From positions 620,001-684,000 of the forward strand of contig CDLV01000008.1 of assembly GCA_001244265.2 (NCBI GenBank): a stretch of 64,000 nt of DNA. The letters run 5' to 3'. The stretch comes from Microbotryum violaceum (taxonomy: Eukaryota). The position numbers and the translations under genes were made by a program. The notes under the pieces were generated by a model. The model searched no databases, was not told where the DNA came from, and saw nothing but the letters and a program-made list of their open reading frames with translations. Positions 50,874 to 63,473 of this stretch are shown piece after piece (the stretch's first letter is position 1; each line of letters starts with the position of its first letter).

Positions 50874-51857
50874 GGTGCGTCTGACTGCCCTGTCGACCGC
50901 GCACCGTGTTGCATTGCATTTACCCCATCCCATCTTGGTACAATTCCCATTTCCGCAACCTGCATGTCGTTCATTCTCCTTTTGTTTTGTGACCAGTCGT
51001 TTCACGTACCTAGATATATATGTGTGTATAGTACACTCGCATTATGCAATCTTCGATACCGTCCGTTCGTCGCCGATGATCGCGCCCCAAGCTGCCTGGA
51101 GCTGACCGTGTCGTTTGTGCCTGGGACGGCCGTGCGCGGCGCTGCCGAATCCCGGGTTGTGCTTCTCCCGGGTATTCCACATCCGATCAACTGGTCGGTG
51201 CGAGCTTGGAGCGGATCATCTTCGAGGTGAGTGGGATATAGCAAGCTCAGGATCTCAGAAGTTCTTGTCAGACCATTGACCTTGTCGAGGTCTGAATGCG
51301 CAGACGCACGGCTTCAACTCGAGCTCGCGCGGTGACGGCATTCATAGCGACCAGCTGCCGACGGGTCCAACTGACCACTGGCAAACGGCATCGGGCTCGC
51401 GACTCATCTTGGGCCGCCATTCCGCACCGCTCCTCCCGCTAGCGACTTTCTTATCGGACACACCAACTATCAGAGCACCCTCGCTCCATACGGTTTGCAC
51501 GGTGGGCCCTGGTGATCTCAAGGCCAAGGTGAGTGTCCTTCCTATCCGCGCTTCTGCTTGCGCAAGTGCTGACGACGGACTCGTGTGCTGCCAAAGGAAC
51601 AACTTTGCTCACATTTCTGTTCGAAACCCTCTACCAGTCTTTGCGAAAGGCAGCTGGAGGTCTTGAAGGCATACTGGTGGACGAGACGAGGCGACCGGGC
51701 TAGAGTCCAACTTCGACCGCGGGTAAGTCGTCGAAAGCTTGTGATGGACTCGACGTGCAATTTCTGACCCGTCTTGACACCGTCGTGATCTTAATGCGCA
51801 CCAGGAGAGGAGTCACCTGGTTTAATGTGAGTGCAGACGGGTCGCTGCGTCGTCAAT

Positions 51858-54800
51858 ATGCCGCCTTTCCCTCTATCGACCCCCGACCCGAATCGGTCCA
51901 GGCTACCCGCGACATCCGCCTCGTCGCAAGGTTCGACATCTTCACCGACCTCGTCCGCCGCCCCGTCAGATACGAGCTCATCAGGAGGGGGTGGCAACCA
52001 ATTCATCTCGTTTTTGACCAAAGTTGGCCGCGGATTGGGCAAGGCCAGTGCCTCGGGCGCCGAAGCTTCGGCCACGGGTTCCGCCTCCACCTCGCCCTCG
52101 ACACTTCCCCGGCCAGTCGGTCCCACTTTGTGGCCGTTCGTCCGGGTAGCGATGGTCTCGAAGGATTTGGAGGCAGAGCAGTTTCCACGGGCAGCTCTTC
52201 CCGCGGTGCAGGCGTCAAGCTTTCAAAGTCGAAAATGTCGGCCATTGATCCGATCATCCTCGACCAGGAACTGAAGCGCGAAGAGGCCATCGCCGCGGCT
52301 TTCGTCGCGGGGGGGGGAAGAGGAGGGAGGGGTGGTTTGATCACTTCGACGCACGGGAAAACGAAGCCGACGGTTGCAGCCACAACTACCGGATATGCAC
52401 CGGCCCAGACGACGACATCTGCCACGAAGGTGCAGAGCGCGCGCAAGACGAGCCTGAGATCACCTACGTCCAGATCGAGCAGCATCTTGGTTGGGTCGCC
52501 CTTTTCCCCTGCGACTCCACAAAGGCTCTCCATCGACATCGCCTCCTCCCCGCCCTATGAAACTTTGCCTCCCACCATAGAGGATGAGGGACCGATGATG
52601 CGACCCTCCCAAATCTTGTCGGAGCTCTCTGACATCGCACAGCACACTTCGGATCCATCGCGCTTGATCCGCCTCATGCAGAAACTCGCAAAGAGCGTTG
52701 CCACCTATCCTTTCCCACCGCCTGCGCTTGCGGCTGCCCCCCTTTCCCAGGCACTTTCCTCCCATCCGACCTCTCCTGCTGCCGAAGCCGATGACACGGC
52801 GCCGCCGCACCGACGTCGAGCGGCACCAACCCCAACGCCCGTGCAAATTTACCTCTCGCAGTCGCGCTGGCTATCACCGCACTCGCCCCCAGCACTTAGA
52901 GAGGCCGTTCTTGCACTCTTGGTCGCTTCGATTGAGGCGAGTCAAAGTGCCACGGGAGGAATGAAGGAGACGGACAAGGCCATCTATTGGGACGAGACGA
53001 GACGCTGGGCCGAGGAAGGCAAAGTACAAGCTGACGACGGACTCGGCGGTCGACGCTGGATGCTCCCCGACACCGAACGTGAACTCCTTGTGACGGTACT
53101 GTCGATCATGACGAAACGCGGGCGCGATCTGTCCGACGTGCCGGGTCTTGTCGCTCTGTTGTGCCACTTTGTCACCGAATCTCTACCGACCCCGCGCCCG
53201 CCTTCACCTCTGTTTGACCTGACACTACAAACCCCGCTCGTGCGCAAATCAGCTTCGATGCCACCGTCCAAGCACGCCAGCGCCCTCGCACTACTGACGG
53301 CATTGCATCGCTTTTCGGCCCCGTACGTCTACGCCAACTCGACTCGACTGGCGCTGAAAGCGATGCTCGAGGTCGCCAGGCTACAAGACGAGGACGACAT
53401 CGGCGGAGTCCAGGCGATGGACGAACACGGCAATGCGACGTGGTCTCTATCGGACGATTCGAAGGACGGCAGCATGCTGGGCTTCTTGACGGCATTGATC
53501 CGTCATGGCGAGGTGGCAGGAAAACGAGATGCTCATTTCCAGGCGCAGATTGACGACGATTTTGACCCGGAGGGCGCAAGCTTGGACAGTGATGAACTAT
53601 TGCGTGAGATTGTCGCCGTCGTGGCGCGCATTATCGGCTTGGAAGGTCATGTGCGAGTTGTGGACCTCATCGACGGCGACTCGACACCACCTTCGACGCA
53701 TGACCGGGCGACCCGACCCAGCGAGCTGCCTCCTCGAGCTCAACGTCTCATGACCGAGCTCATCAGATCGCCGGCCAACCAGGCACTCAAATCACTACGT
53801 AGCTCGTTGATCGCCCCGCCGGCGACCTTACCGCGGCCTCTACCTCCCGTGTTACTGCTTGTCGGCACATTGAGATCGCTCCGCAAGGCCCTCGACGACC
53901 ACTCCAAGGAGGTGGAGACGAGCGTTGAGCGTCGCGCGGACTCCATCACAAAGACTCCGAGCTGGAGTGACCACCGACTGCCGAACTTGCTCTCGCTGGG
54001 TCTGCCTTACCTCTGGAACGGAATGCGTCGAGCCATGGAGTGGCAGTCCGCCCCGATCGACGCCGAGGTGCTCAAGTTGATGGATGATCGTCTGGAGGCT
54101 ATGGATCGACTTGCCCGCAAGATTAAGGACGTGAGGAAAGCAGGTGCCGGCGGTATCGCGAGTAATTTGCTGACTCCGAGTGGGATGCGAGAGGGAGGGC
54201 TTCACCAAGAGGGTCCGGAAGACGAGGGGGAGCAGGGTGTCGGCTACGAAGAGTGGGACATGACGATTGACCTGCTCATGGCGACCAAATGGCACATCGA
54301 CACTTGGGAGACGACCAAGTTGAAATCCTGGACGCTTGAAGAGGAAGGTCTGTCAATGAGCCGCAAATCCGAACGTAATATACGTCTGACGCGTAAAGCT
54401 TCACCCTGTGTACAGATGATCCCAACGAGAGCAACACAGGTGGGATTACGCGGCAAACATCCGCCGCGAGGTAATTGAGCTGACCTGAAGTCAGCCCCCG
54501 TAACACAGATATTTCTGAAGACGAAGAGAGCCGCGACGAGCTCGCTCCAGCCTCGTTATCGGGTCACGCTTGGCGACAGCCTGAGGTTCTCGAAGTTTTT
54601 GCTGCTTTGCTGCGGCGACTTATCCGGGCTTGGCGCCACGAGGACGGCTTCTCTGGACCATCGGAGCGAGTCCTCGCGCTTCTCATCTCCCTCGCATCGC
54701 ACTTGCCCGAATCGTACGCCCTCCACGTGCTCGAGCAAACCGAGGCGCACGCCCTTTGTCTACCCACACGGACGGAATGGCTAGATCGCACACAAGAGAT

Positions 54801-57800
54801 CCTCAAAGCGTTCTACGTCTCGCCGTCACGAGGCCAAGGAAGCGTGCGCGTACTTTACGCTGGGCCGGCGGCTTCGGTTCGACGCCGAACGCTGCAGCTG
54901 GTCTCGTCGCTGCACTCGCAGCTGCATCATCAGAGCGAGCAGCGCGATGCGCTGGTCAGCACCATCATCCTACCGCTACTTGAGACGAGCTTCGAGGTCG
55001 AAACGGACGCGGAAGTCGCCGAGGTAATGATCACTCTCTCCAACGAGGTGGTTCGCGACAGCCTCGGCACCGAGGAAGTTAATTCGGGGGGTCCGCTCGG
55101 TCCGTTCGATCGACTCCGTTTGCTGCTGGTACGTAATGCCAAAGGATCTGTCCGACCCTTTGACCGCTACTCGACCTCTGCTCCGACGACGCCTAAAGCG
55201 AGACGGACAAACCTGGCGTTCCTGTCTCGGTACCACAAGGACAACTCGCCCTCGGCAATGAGGTCGTCACCGTCCATCTCGGCTCCCGTCGCCACCCCTT
55301 CGATCGCAGGCTCGACAACGCAAGAACCGGCCGATATATCGCACGTAGCCGTCATGGGCCTCATCACAATGTTCCACGTTTGTCTCGAGACATCGACGTA
55401 TGAGTCGTCGGAAAAGGGCGTGCAGATCTTCCGCGACCTCTTGGCCCTGCTCAGTCCGGCCGCGGCGCCGAGTTCGGATGCCTTGACGGATTACGCGATC
55501 CCACTGCGCACTCGCATGCTCATTTTGGCGTGGCTCGTTCGACTGCGCGCCGATGCATCTCATCGTGTTCAATGGGTCCACGATGTCGACATCACGAGCG
55601 CGGCCACCGCTCTATACCGCGCCGAACAAGCAAACGGGCCTGCCATGGACGCGCTCAACGGCGCGATGGAGGACGGATCACGCGGCCGTTCCGGGCGTGG
55701 ATCAGCACCTCCGAGTGAGCGGTCGGCCAGCGCAAGTCGTGCGCGAAGAGGCAATGATGATCGAAGCCCGAGTCGCATGGGCCGTCGCGGAACCCAGACC
55801 CCTGCCACGCCGGCTGGCGTTGTGATCGCGACCGGACCTCCGCTATGGGCTGTACCAGAGACCCTGCCTTTCAACTTTGGCTCTCTATCGTCCTCATTCG
55901 GCGCCGGGGGGCTCGTGTCGTTCGACCATCACCGTATGCGCTACTGGACCGAGGAGCAGGACCCAGGAACGGGTCAATTCGTCGCCAAGGAGATTGTCGA
56001 TCCCTCCGCCGCCTCCGATCCCGAGGCCAAGGTCGTCGTCTTGCCCGTCTCTGAGTACCTCTGCGTAGTCAACCATCTTCTCGCGCACGATCAAGAGTGG
56101 GAGCTTCTCTCCTACCTGCTGTGTCATCTGCCTGAGCAGCTTAGCAATAAGCACTTCGCTGCGGGTCCTCGCGCGTCGCTGCAGATCTACACCCTGCTCA
56201 AGCATCTCTGCTTTGGTCTGAGATCGATCGACCGGCCGTGGCCCAACATCTTACCCATGGGAGTGAAGCGTGCCGAGGCACAAGCTGTGACGTATCAAAT
56301 TTTGACAGCCCTCATCGCGTATCGAAGTCTGTTCAGTCGCCAGCAACAGCACGAGATGGTCGAAACGTTCATGTGCGGCCTCAGCAACCCGCGCGACTTG
56401 GCCAAGCCGTGCATCCACGCTCTCAGCATCGCCTCGTTCGAGATGCGCCCCTCGGTCACCAAGCACCTGTCCGAGATTGTGCGCAACTTGCAGAAAATCA
56501 TCTCGTCGGCTGAACTGGGTGTACACATTCTCGAGTTCATAGCTGGGATCGGCCAGCAGCCATCTGTGTACTCCAATTTTACCGACGTTGATTTCCAGAC
56601 AGTGTTCGGTATCGCGCTCAAGTACATCCAGGCCCATAATGAGCGCCTGCTCGACGCCCCGTTGACCGCAGAGGACGAAGAGGGGATCGAGTATGCCTTT
56701 TCGCAGTACGTCTTCCTGCTCGCGTACTACTGCATCGCCGCGTGGTTCCTTGCGTTGCGCCTCTCTGAGCGGCCCAAGTTCGTGCCGTTCCTGACCCGTC
56801 GTCTAGTGCAAGCGAACGAAGGCAAGCCCGAGGTCGATGAAGCTACAGAGGTCTGCTTCGATATGATCGCTCGTTACACCTACACGAATGCCGACCCTCG
56901 AGTGCGCGCATCCTCCTTCGACGATCTCTTGACAGGGGAGACTCAGCCCGCGCTCGGCGTTGGCCCTACCCTGCCTTCAAAATCGTGGATCATTGGCACC
57001 GCTACGATCACGATCAGCAATGTCAAGATGGCCGGTTGGGTGGAAGTCACGATCCGCCGAGCGTCGGGCATTGTCAAAATGATGTGGGAGCTGCAAAACA
57101 TTACGGGCGTCAAATCGTCGTCGGATGCGGAGCTCGTTAGCATGTACATGCGTCACCGGGAGAACGCAGGGATCTCAGGTGCCGAAACAATCGAAGCATC
57201 AGCAGCGTCCTCTCAGGGTCCGACGGGAATTGCTCCTGCTGCACCCAAATTAGACTCGGCGGTCGTCGAAGCCGTCAATTTGGCCCATGCCGCTTCCCTG
57301 CCGCCCACCCTCGAATCCGGCTTGCTCACGGTCGGCCCCGAATTCTTTGCGCTGCAACTGTCGCCATTTCCCGAGCTCGCGCCCAACACGACCCCGGTCC
57401 TCATGCCCGACGATCCAGCCTATGGGCGGGCTCTGCGTATGCTCGATCGCGTCCCCGTCGTAGACTTACACAAAATCGGTGTGCTCTACGTTGGGCCGGG
57501 GCAGTTCACCGAGGCAGAGATCCTCGCCAACACCCACGGCTCGAAGCCCTACATCGAGTTCATCTCTGAGCTCGGTCAACTGTGGCGACTCAAGGACCAT
57601 CCTCAGTACTGTGGAGGCCTTGATCGCGAGCAAGACTTTGACGGCAAGTGGATGTACGTTTGGGACGACGATATTGCCCAGATGTTCTTCCACGTCGCTA
57701 CTTTGATGCCCACGGATCTCGAGCGGCACCCACGAAGCGAGCGCAAGAAGTCCCACATCGGCAACGACTTTGTCAAGGTCATCTTCAACGAGTCCGGGGG

Positions 57801-58260
57801 CGAGTTCGCCTTCGACACCTTGCCGAGCGAGTTCAACTTTGTCAACATCGTCATCCAGCCGCACACGCCTGCAGGGAACCCTTGGCTCGCGCCGGGGATG
57901 ACCAGCAACGCCCAATTCTTCAAAGTCACGATGCAGTGCCGCGCCGGGATGCCCGAGATCGGACCCCTGGGCTCTTTCAAGATGGTTGCCGGCACATCGC
58001 TACCCCACGTCGTTCGACAACTCGCCTTGCACAGCAATATTTTTGCCCAGATCTACCTCGCGACGGTCGGCTTCGAAGGCGGCCACGGCAAGACGCAGAG
58101 GATCGGCTACGTCTCGAACTGGCGACAGCGGCTGCAGCAAATCAAACAACTCAAGAAGAGGATCAACGACCAGCGCGGAACCGCGCCACCCTCAACGCAG
58201 GGCCAGCGACTCAACGTCGAGGCAGCCGAGCTGGCGAGGCTGTTCACGAGTTGGCTCTAG
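51858..58260 (+). CDS. TSC2: Tuberin (TSC2), Rheb GTPase-activating protein
   Basis: Tuberin region DQEWELLSYLLCHLPEQLSNKHF...PCIHALSIA...HILEF and a C-terminal Rap-GAP domain HKIGVLYVGPGQ...GGLD...FFHVATLMPT...KKSHIGNDFVKVIFNES. Start is 51858 (needs a frameshift or intron) or 52235. Confidence 0.92.
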
Positions 58261-58517
58261 GACATTTTTGGTTCAAGTGAGTTCGTGATCGCGAAGCCTC
58301 TGCCGCAGTCGACGCCGAATGCTAACGATACTTCATTATTCCGTAGACGACACAGGGGACGAGCTGGGGGGTTACGAAGAAGTAGGCTCCAGAGGAAGCT
58401 TGATGTGTGCAATTCAGTTTCGGTTGCCCATAAGCCACCTGCCGGGGTGTAACACGCGATCTCACGGAAAAGAACTTGTGCACATTCTGACACGATATGT
58501 GACATTGCATCAATTCC

Positions 58518-59805
58518 TCACGTCGATTTTGGTTTCGTTGACCCTAAGTTTGCTCCCCCGGGAAACTCCATCGCAATTGCTACCAAAGCAACGATTGAGC
58601 CCACGCCGTAACCCAGCAAGGTCCCGACGACACACGTCGTTGGCCATTTCTATCGGCATGATGACCATGGGCGTTTGATCAGCTTTATTTTCGATGAGCA
58701 TGTTGGCATACAGTGGGGAAGGTTGAGAACTTACCTGCCATGCTCGATCCCAGTCGAGAGGTATCGGAACGGCGCCGAGCCACGCTCCGGCGAGGGCTCC
58801 GAGGGCAGGCAAGAGCAGAGCGATCTCGAGATCGGTCTGTGGTCTGTCGTGGTAAAATAGACATGACCTCCATCAGCTCGGAGTCACCGGTCGCATGGTA
58901 ATTTGGTGCACTCTGACTGACGAGAGGGAGGAAAGGAGCCTGAGCCAGACGAAGCGCGCCGGTTTTTTGGGGTGGGGTTGGCCGAACGTGATCGCCAAGG
59001 GGAGGAAAGCAAGGATCGAGACGAGAAGCGAGAGGAGGAACGTCTCGGGGATACTTCTGTCGGAAGTTGCGAAAGGATCCAAGTCAGCGCTGTCCGGGGC
59101 AGCCGACGACACTGGAGAATTTTCCTCACCGAATGAGGGGAGCGCCGAGGGTAAAGGCGATGACGTGGACGACGAATGCCAGAATGATGGTTGTTGTCAC
59201 GGCCGGCATCAGTGTCTGCTTTAATGTTCGTGTGTCAGCGTCTGAAAGGCAGGAGAAGGGCACAAGCGCACGACCGAACGAACCTCTACTCGGAACGCTC
59301 CACGACCACCCCCTACGCCACCGCTTTCGGGCTGCGTCCTCGGCCTCGCGGTCGGTCGTACAACGCCCAATGCCTCGCCAAACATCTTACCAAACGACTT
59401 CTTTTCCCCGACTTCCTTTCTTGGCGGTGGCTTGCCGTTCTCGCTTGACTGTTGCTGCGATTGATCCAGTATTCCCTTGCACCACACGCCGAACCAAACC
59501 TGCACGACCGCGACCATACCACACGCCGACCCCAAAAACGCGACCGGGTCCTCAATGAGGGAGTGCAGTATCCTCGCTTGGGGTGTCGTACGGGGTACAT
59601 GGCGTGAGGACGAGGTCGAGAGGGCGAAGAAGAGCGCCGCGAGTTGCAGCGGAACGCGAGCGCCGTAGTGCTGCAGTGGGATCAACGACGTTGCCGCCTT
59701 GGCGGGCGTACTTGGGACCTCGGACGATGATGTCGAGGCTACTGCCGGGGTTGATGGTGGCGTGGCTTTCGCCGCCGGTCGGGCCTTGGTAGTTTTGGAT
59801 GCCAT
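58518..59805 (-). CDS. GPI11: GPI-anchor biosynthesis protein PIG-F/Gpi11
   Basis: [21 protein letters not shown] signature and hydrophobic segments. Multi-exon. Confidence 0.9.
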
Positions 59806-60124
59806 CTTCGCTCTTGAGCTTGAACGACGAGTTGGTCGAGAACAAGCCATGAGCCGGGCTACAGGCGCGCACCACCAACTCCCCGCCGGACACAACTAAT
59901 GTACAGTCCGTTCTCTTTCATCATTCTCAAATCCCACAGCTTTTCTCCTGTGACTACGGCTGTTGGGGAACCGTGCAATTTTTGGGTTCGTCCGCAACAT
60001 TCTCACACTTTGTCCTGGTCAGGGTTTTCACACCTCGTCCGTTCGGCCACATGGGTCCGAGAGCTTAAGTAATAAAACTGCTATTACATCACACGCAAGA
60101 AAAACGAACATGGATCCTTGGAGA

Positions 60125-60197
60125 GACCATCACTGGTGGTGACCATCACTGGTGGTGACCATCACTGGTGGTGACCATCACTGGTGGTGACCATCAC
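60125..60197. repeat. 16-bp perfect tandem repeat (GACCATCACTGGTGGT) x ~4.6
   Basis: Read directly; lies about 45 nt downstream of the thiolase stop codon. Confidence 0.92.
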
Positions 60198-60241
60198 ACC
60201 ATGCTTCCGCTCAAGACTCGATCCAGACGAAGCTCGGCCTC

Positions 60242-61979
60242 CTACTGTTCGTTGACCCAGACACCGGCGGCACCCATGCCGAGACCAATGCACATGGACG
60301 TGACCAAAATCTTTCCGCCAGTCCTCTTGATCGCGTTGAGACCCGTGGCGACCTGTCGTGCACCGGTGCAACCCAGAGGGTGACCGAGCGCGATCGCACC
60401 ACCGTGGATGTTGACCTTGTCGTGCGGCAGGCCAAAGGTGTCGATCAGGTAGCCAAGCATCGATGCGAACGCTTCGTTGACTTCCCACAGATCCACGTCC
60501 TCTCGGGTGATACCAGCCTTGGCGAGAGCCTTGGGGATCGCAATAGCGGGGCCCTGAGGGAATGAGAAGCCGTTGCGGAGTGGTCAGTGTGTTGCAAAAG
60601 GCAGGGTTTCTCGCACTCGCGAACGTAAACGCCACAACTTACAATACCCATGATCCTGGGCGCCAAACCGACGGTGCAGGTCACGACGTGCTTGGCCAAG
60701 ATGGGAAGACCAAGCTCTTGGGCCTTGGATCGCTTCATCAACAAGACACCAGCGACACCGTCGGTCAACTGCGAGGCGTTACCACCGGTGGTGGTGCCGT
60801 TGCCCCACTGGGGGAAAGCGGGGCGAATCTTGCTCAATCCTTCGGCGGTCGAATCGGGCCGAATGCCGTCGTCGTCCTTGACGAGAACGGGGACACGCTT
60901 GGCCTTGGGCGCACCTTCGGCCGAAGGGGTCGAAGGCGCTTGCAGAGCCGTGATGGGGATGATCTCGTCGGCAAAGATGCCGGACTTTTGGGCCTTGCCG
61001 GCACGTTGGTGCGAAGCGGCGGCGAGCTCGTCCATCCTCTTGCGGGGGACGTTGAGATCCTTGGAGACGTTCTCCGAGGTCCATCCCATCGGGTGTTGGC
61101 AATCGGCGGCGACGGGGTGATCGAGGATCTCCTGGGCGAACTCGTCGGCGCCTCGGTCGGGGTGGGCCGACATGGACTCGAATCCAACGGCGAACCCGAC
61201 CTCGATTTCACCGACTCGAATTTGGTTAGCTACGGACTGGATGGCCATCAATCCCGAAGAGCAGAATCTGTTGGAAGAAAGCCGAACAATGACAGGTCAG
61301 TGGGAGCGCACGCGGCTGAAAAGTTCGGACCTGCCAGGTTTTCTAGCCGAGCTTACCGGTTGATGACCTGGACACTGGTCGTTTCGGGAAAGCCGGCGGC
61401 GAGTGCGGATGCACGGGCATCATAAGGGGCCTTGGGAGGCAAGACGGTACCTTTGACATATCAAATGTGGCGTCGCTTACGTCAGCCGCCACTTTCCGAG
61501 CGGATGAGGGCCAGGACCGGCTAATCGGATGATCGAATGGGAGGATTTACCAAATACAATGTCCTCGACAACGGCGGGATCGACCTTCATCTCGGCGATA
61601 GCACCCTACTCAGATGACCCACAAGAAGAAGAAAAAAAGGCTAGCGCGTGTTACAGAAAGACCGCTTTTGACCCTGCCGCGGCTCGAAGGAGACGGAACA
61701 TGAGATAGTCCGAACTGACCTTGAAGAAGGCAATCATGAGCTCTTGGCCGGACATGTCCTTGAAGCCACCCTTGCGTGCCTTGCACATGGACGTGCGCTT
61801 GGCGAACGTGACGACGACTGAAATGAGGTGCAGTATTCGGGTCAGCTGGAGGAGGCTCGATCAAAAGTGAGGGGGTGCGGGGATCGCAAAAGAAATAGTC
61901 ACGCACTGTCATCGGAATTCTTGCGGAGGAGCTTGGTGCGGCCCGAAGTACCAACGATGTTGTCAAGAGTGGCTTGCAT
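60242..61979 (-). CDS. 3-ketoacyl-CoA thiolase (degradative, POT1/FOX3-like)
   Basis: NRFCSSGL (catalytic Cys), TTGGNASQLTDG, PRIMGI|GP, EVNEAFA, GGAIALGHPLGCTGAR and TSMCIGLGMG. Confidence 0.93.
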
Positions 61980-62570
61980 ACTTTGATGTGGGTTGCAATT
62001 GGTGAGATGCGGAACGAGGCGGTGGACGGGTGAGAGCGAAAGGAGAAAGTGGTTCCTCGGCTCCGGAGACTCACGAGCGTCTGCTCGGCCTGTCGCTGGC
62101 TGTCGCTGGGGAACGATCCGGCACGATCGTTGCCGGAGTCGAGCCCCCGTACGCCCAGGCCTCTCCAAAGCCGCGGCGGATGGGGAGTCCTCTGCGTGGT
62201 CAAATGTACAAGCGCGGCAAAACTTCGGCCCCCGTCCCGGGAAACTGCCGGCGCGTTTGCTCAGGCTGCCCAGCGTCGACGGCCGCTCAGGCCATCCGAG
62301 GCGCGGATGCTCCGTAGGCCGAGCGCTTCAACATACACTCCTGTCTTCTGGGCCTTGAAAGCCCGAGTTGGGGTCGAGGGGTATGAACAGTATCATAGCT
62401 CAGTATTGAGTGAGGTTTCGCTGCATCGACTGCCTCGGACTGCAGTGATCTTGATGTGTGCGCACAAATTTTGCCCGGCGGCTGTGATGATGGGACACAA
62501 AGCCAAGTCAAAACGTCGATCATGTTCTCGAGTTCATGAGTTCAGTTTTACAATGCAGGGTTTGTACACA

Positions 62571-63473
62571 TCAAGCGCTAGGCTTTCCAGTCGATACCAC
62601 GGATTCTAGCATGAAACCCGGTGGTAGTTCAACCGCATCGTCGCCGTGCTCCTCATCTCCTCGCTCCAAGTCGAACAAGGTCGTCTGTGGGTTTCCTCGA
62701 CTTCTGCTCTGTCTATCAACAGGGAGATACGCGTCGTTCCTTGACCTTCCGGCCAGGTCCGTGATGCGCCCCAAAAGGCCAGCTACCCCACTCAAGCCCC
62801 CACTTGAAGGACCGGTCCCCGACCGCGGTGCAGCACCGCTCGCCGCCGTCGATCCCAGTCGGATGGTCCCTATCCGATCCTTCTTTGGTATCCCCCAGAA
62901 TGCCCGAGCCATCCCATCTCGACCTTGGTTCGATCCGACGCCGGCGCCATCGCCCCATCCCAATGTGTTGAGGAAGGACCGACTTGAATCGACGGCCTTG
63001 TTCCACATGGGTCTCACCGAGGAGGATTGGTAGAGCGACGAAGTGGTGGAGAAGGGCAGTTCGTCCCCGTCGAGCTCGTCAAGATCGTCAAGATCGTCGT
63101 CTCCATCGTCGTTGTCAGGACTTAGCATGTGATTGGCGGTAGCGTTCTCGTCGTCTGATAGATCGGCTTGCAACGAGCTGGCCGCGGGTGAAGGTCGACT
63201 AGAACGACGATGCGGCCGAGAGGATGCACTCGTCCGATCCGATCTGCCGGGTAGTCGTATATGACTGGAGAATATCCATGGGTACTTTGTCCGTAGCCTA
63301 CAGGTGGGCCGATATGACAACATGAGCTCCCCATTTACGAGGGAGGGAGGCGGTGCCAGGAGCGTACGCTGACTGACCAATCCTGGGCGTCGGCGTAGAG
63401 CCTCAACGCATAAGCCCTCCGTAGAGAGATGAAGAGCAAGCAGGTGGTCAGGAGGAAAGTGAGTGGGAGCCAC
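62571..63473 (-). CDS. Hypothetical protein, 3' part; 5' exons unresolved
   Basis: 300-codon ORF with an acidic tract and Gly/Ser-rich tail. No recognised domain. Confidence 0.5.
   Translation of the reverse strand: MAPTHFPPDHLLALHLSTEGLCVEALRRRPGLVSQRTLLAPPPSLVNGELMLSYRPTCRLRTKYPWIFSSHIRLPGRSDRTSASSRPHRRSSRPSPAASSLQADLSDDENATANHMLSPDNDDGDDDLDDLDELDGDELPFSTTSSLYQSSSVRPMWNKAVDSSRSFLNTLGWGDGAGVGSNQGRDGMARAFWGIPKKDRIGTIRLGSTAASGAAPRSGTGPSSGGLSGVAGLLGRITDLAGRSRNDAYLPVDRQSRSRGNPQTTLFDLERGDEEHGDDAVELPPGFMLESVVSTGKPSA

Noticed and set aside
11857..58260. PDE2, TSC2, velvet and transporters as a nutrient-signalling gene cluster
   Set aside because: They are interspersed with unrelated housekeeping genes over 46 kb, with no shared motif or synteny evidence available.
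44727..60197. Tandem arrays at 44727 and 60125 as CRISPR-like arrays
   Set aside because: The units are head-to-tail with no spacers, there are no cas genes, and the context is eukaryotic.
7002..61425. Many long antisense or alternate-frame ORFs (e.g. 7354..8190, 13727..14479, 60562..61425)
   Set aside because: They shadow real genes in GC-rich, codon-biased DNA and have no recognisable motifs.
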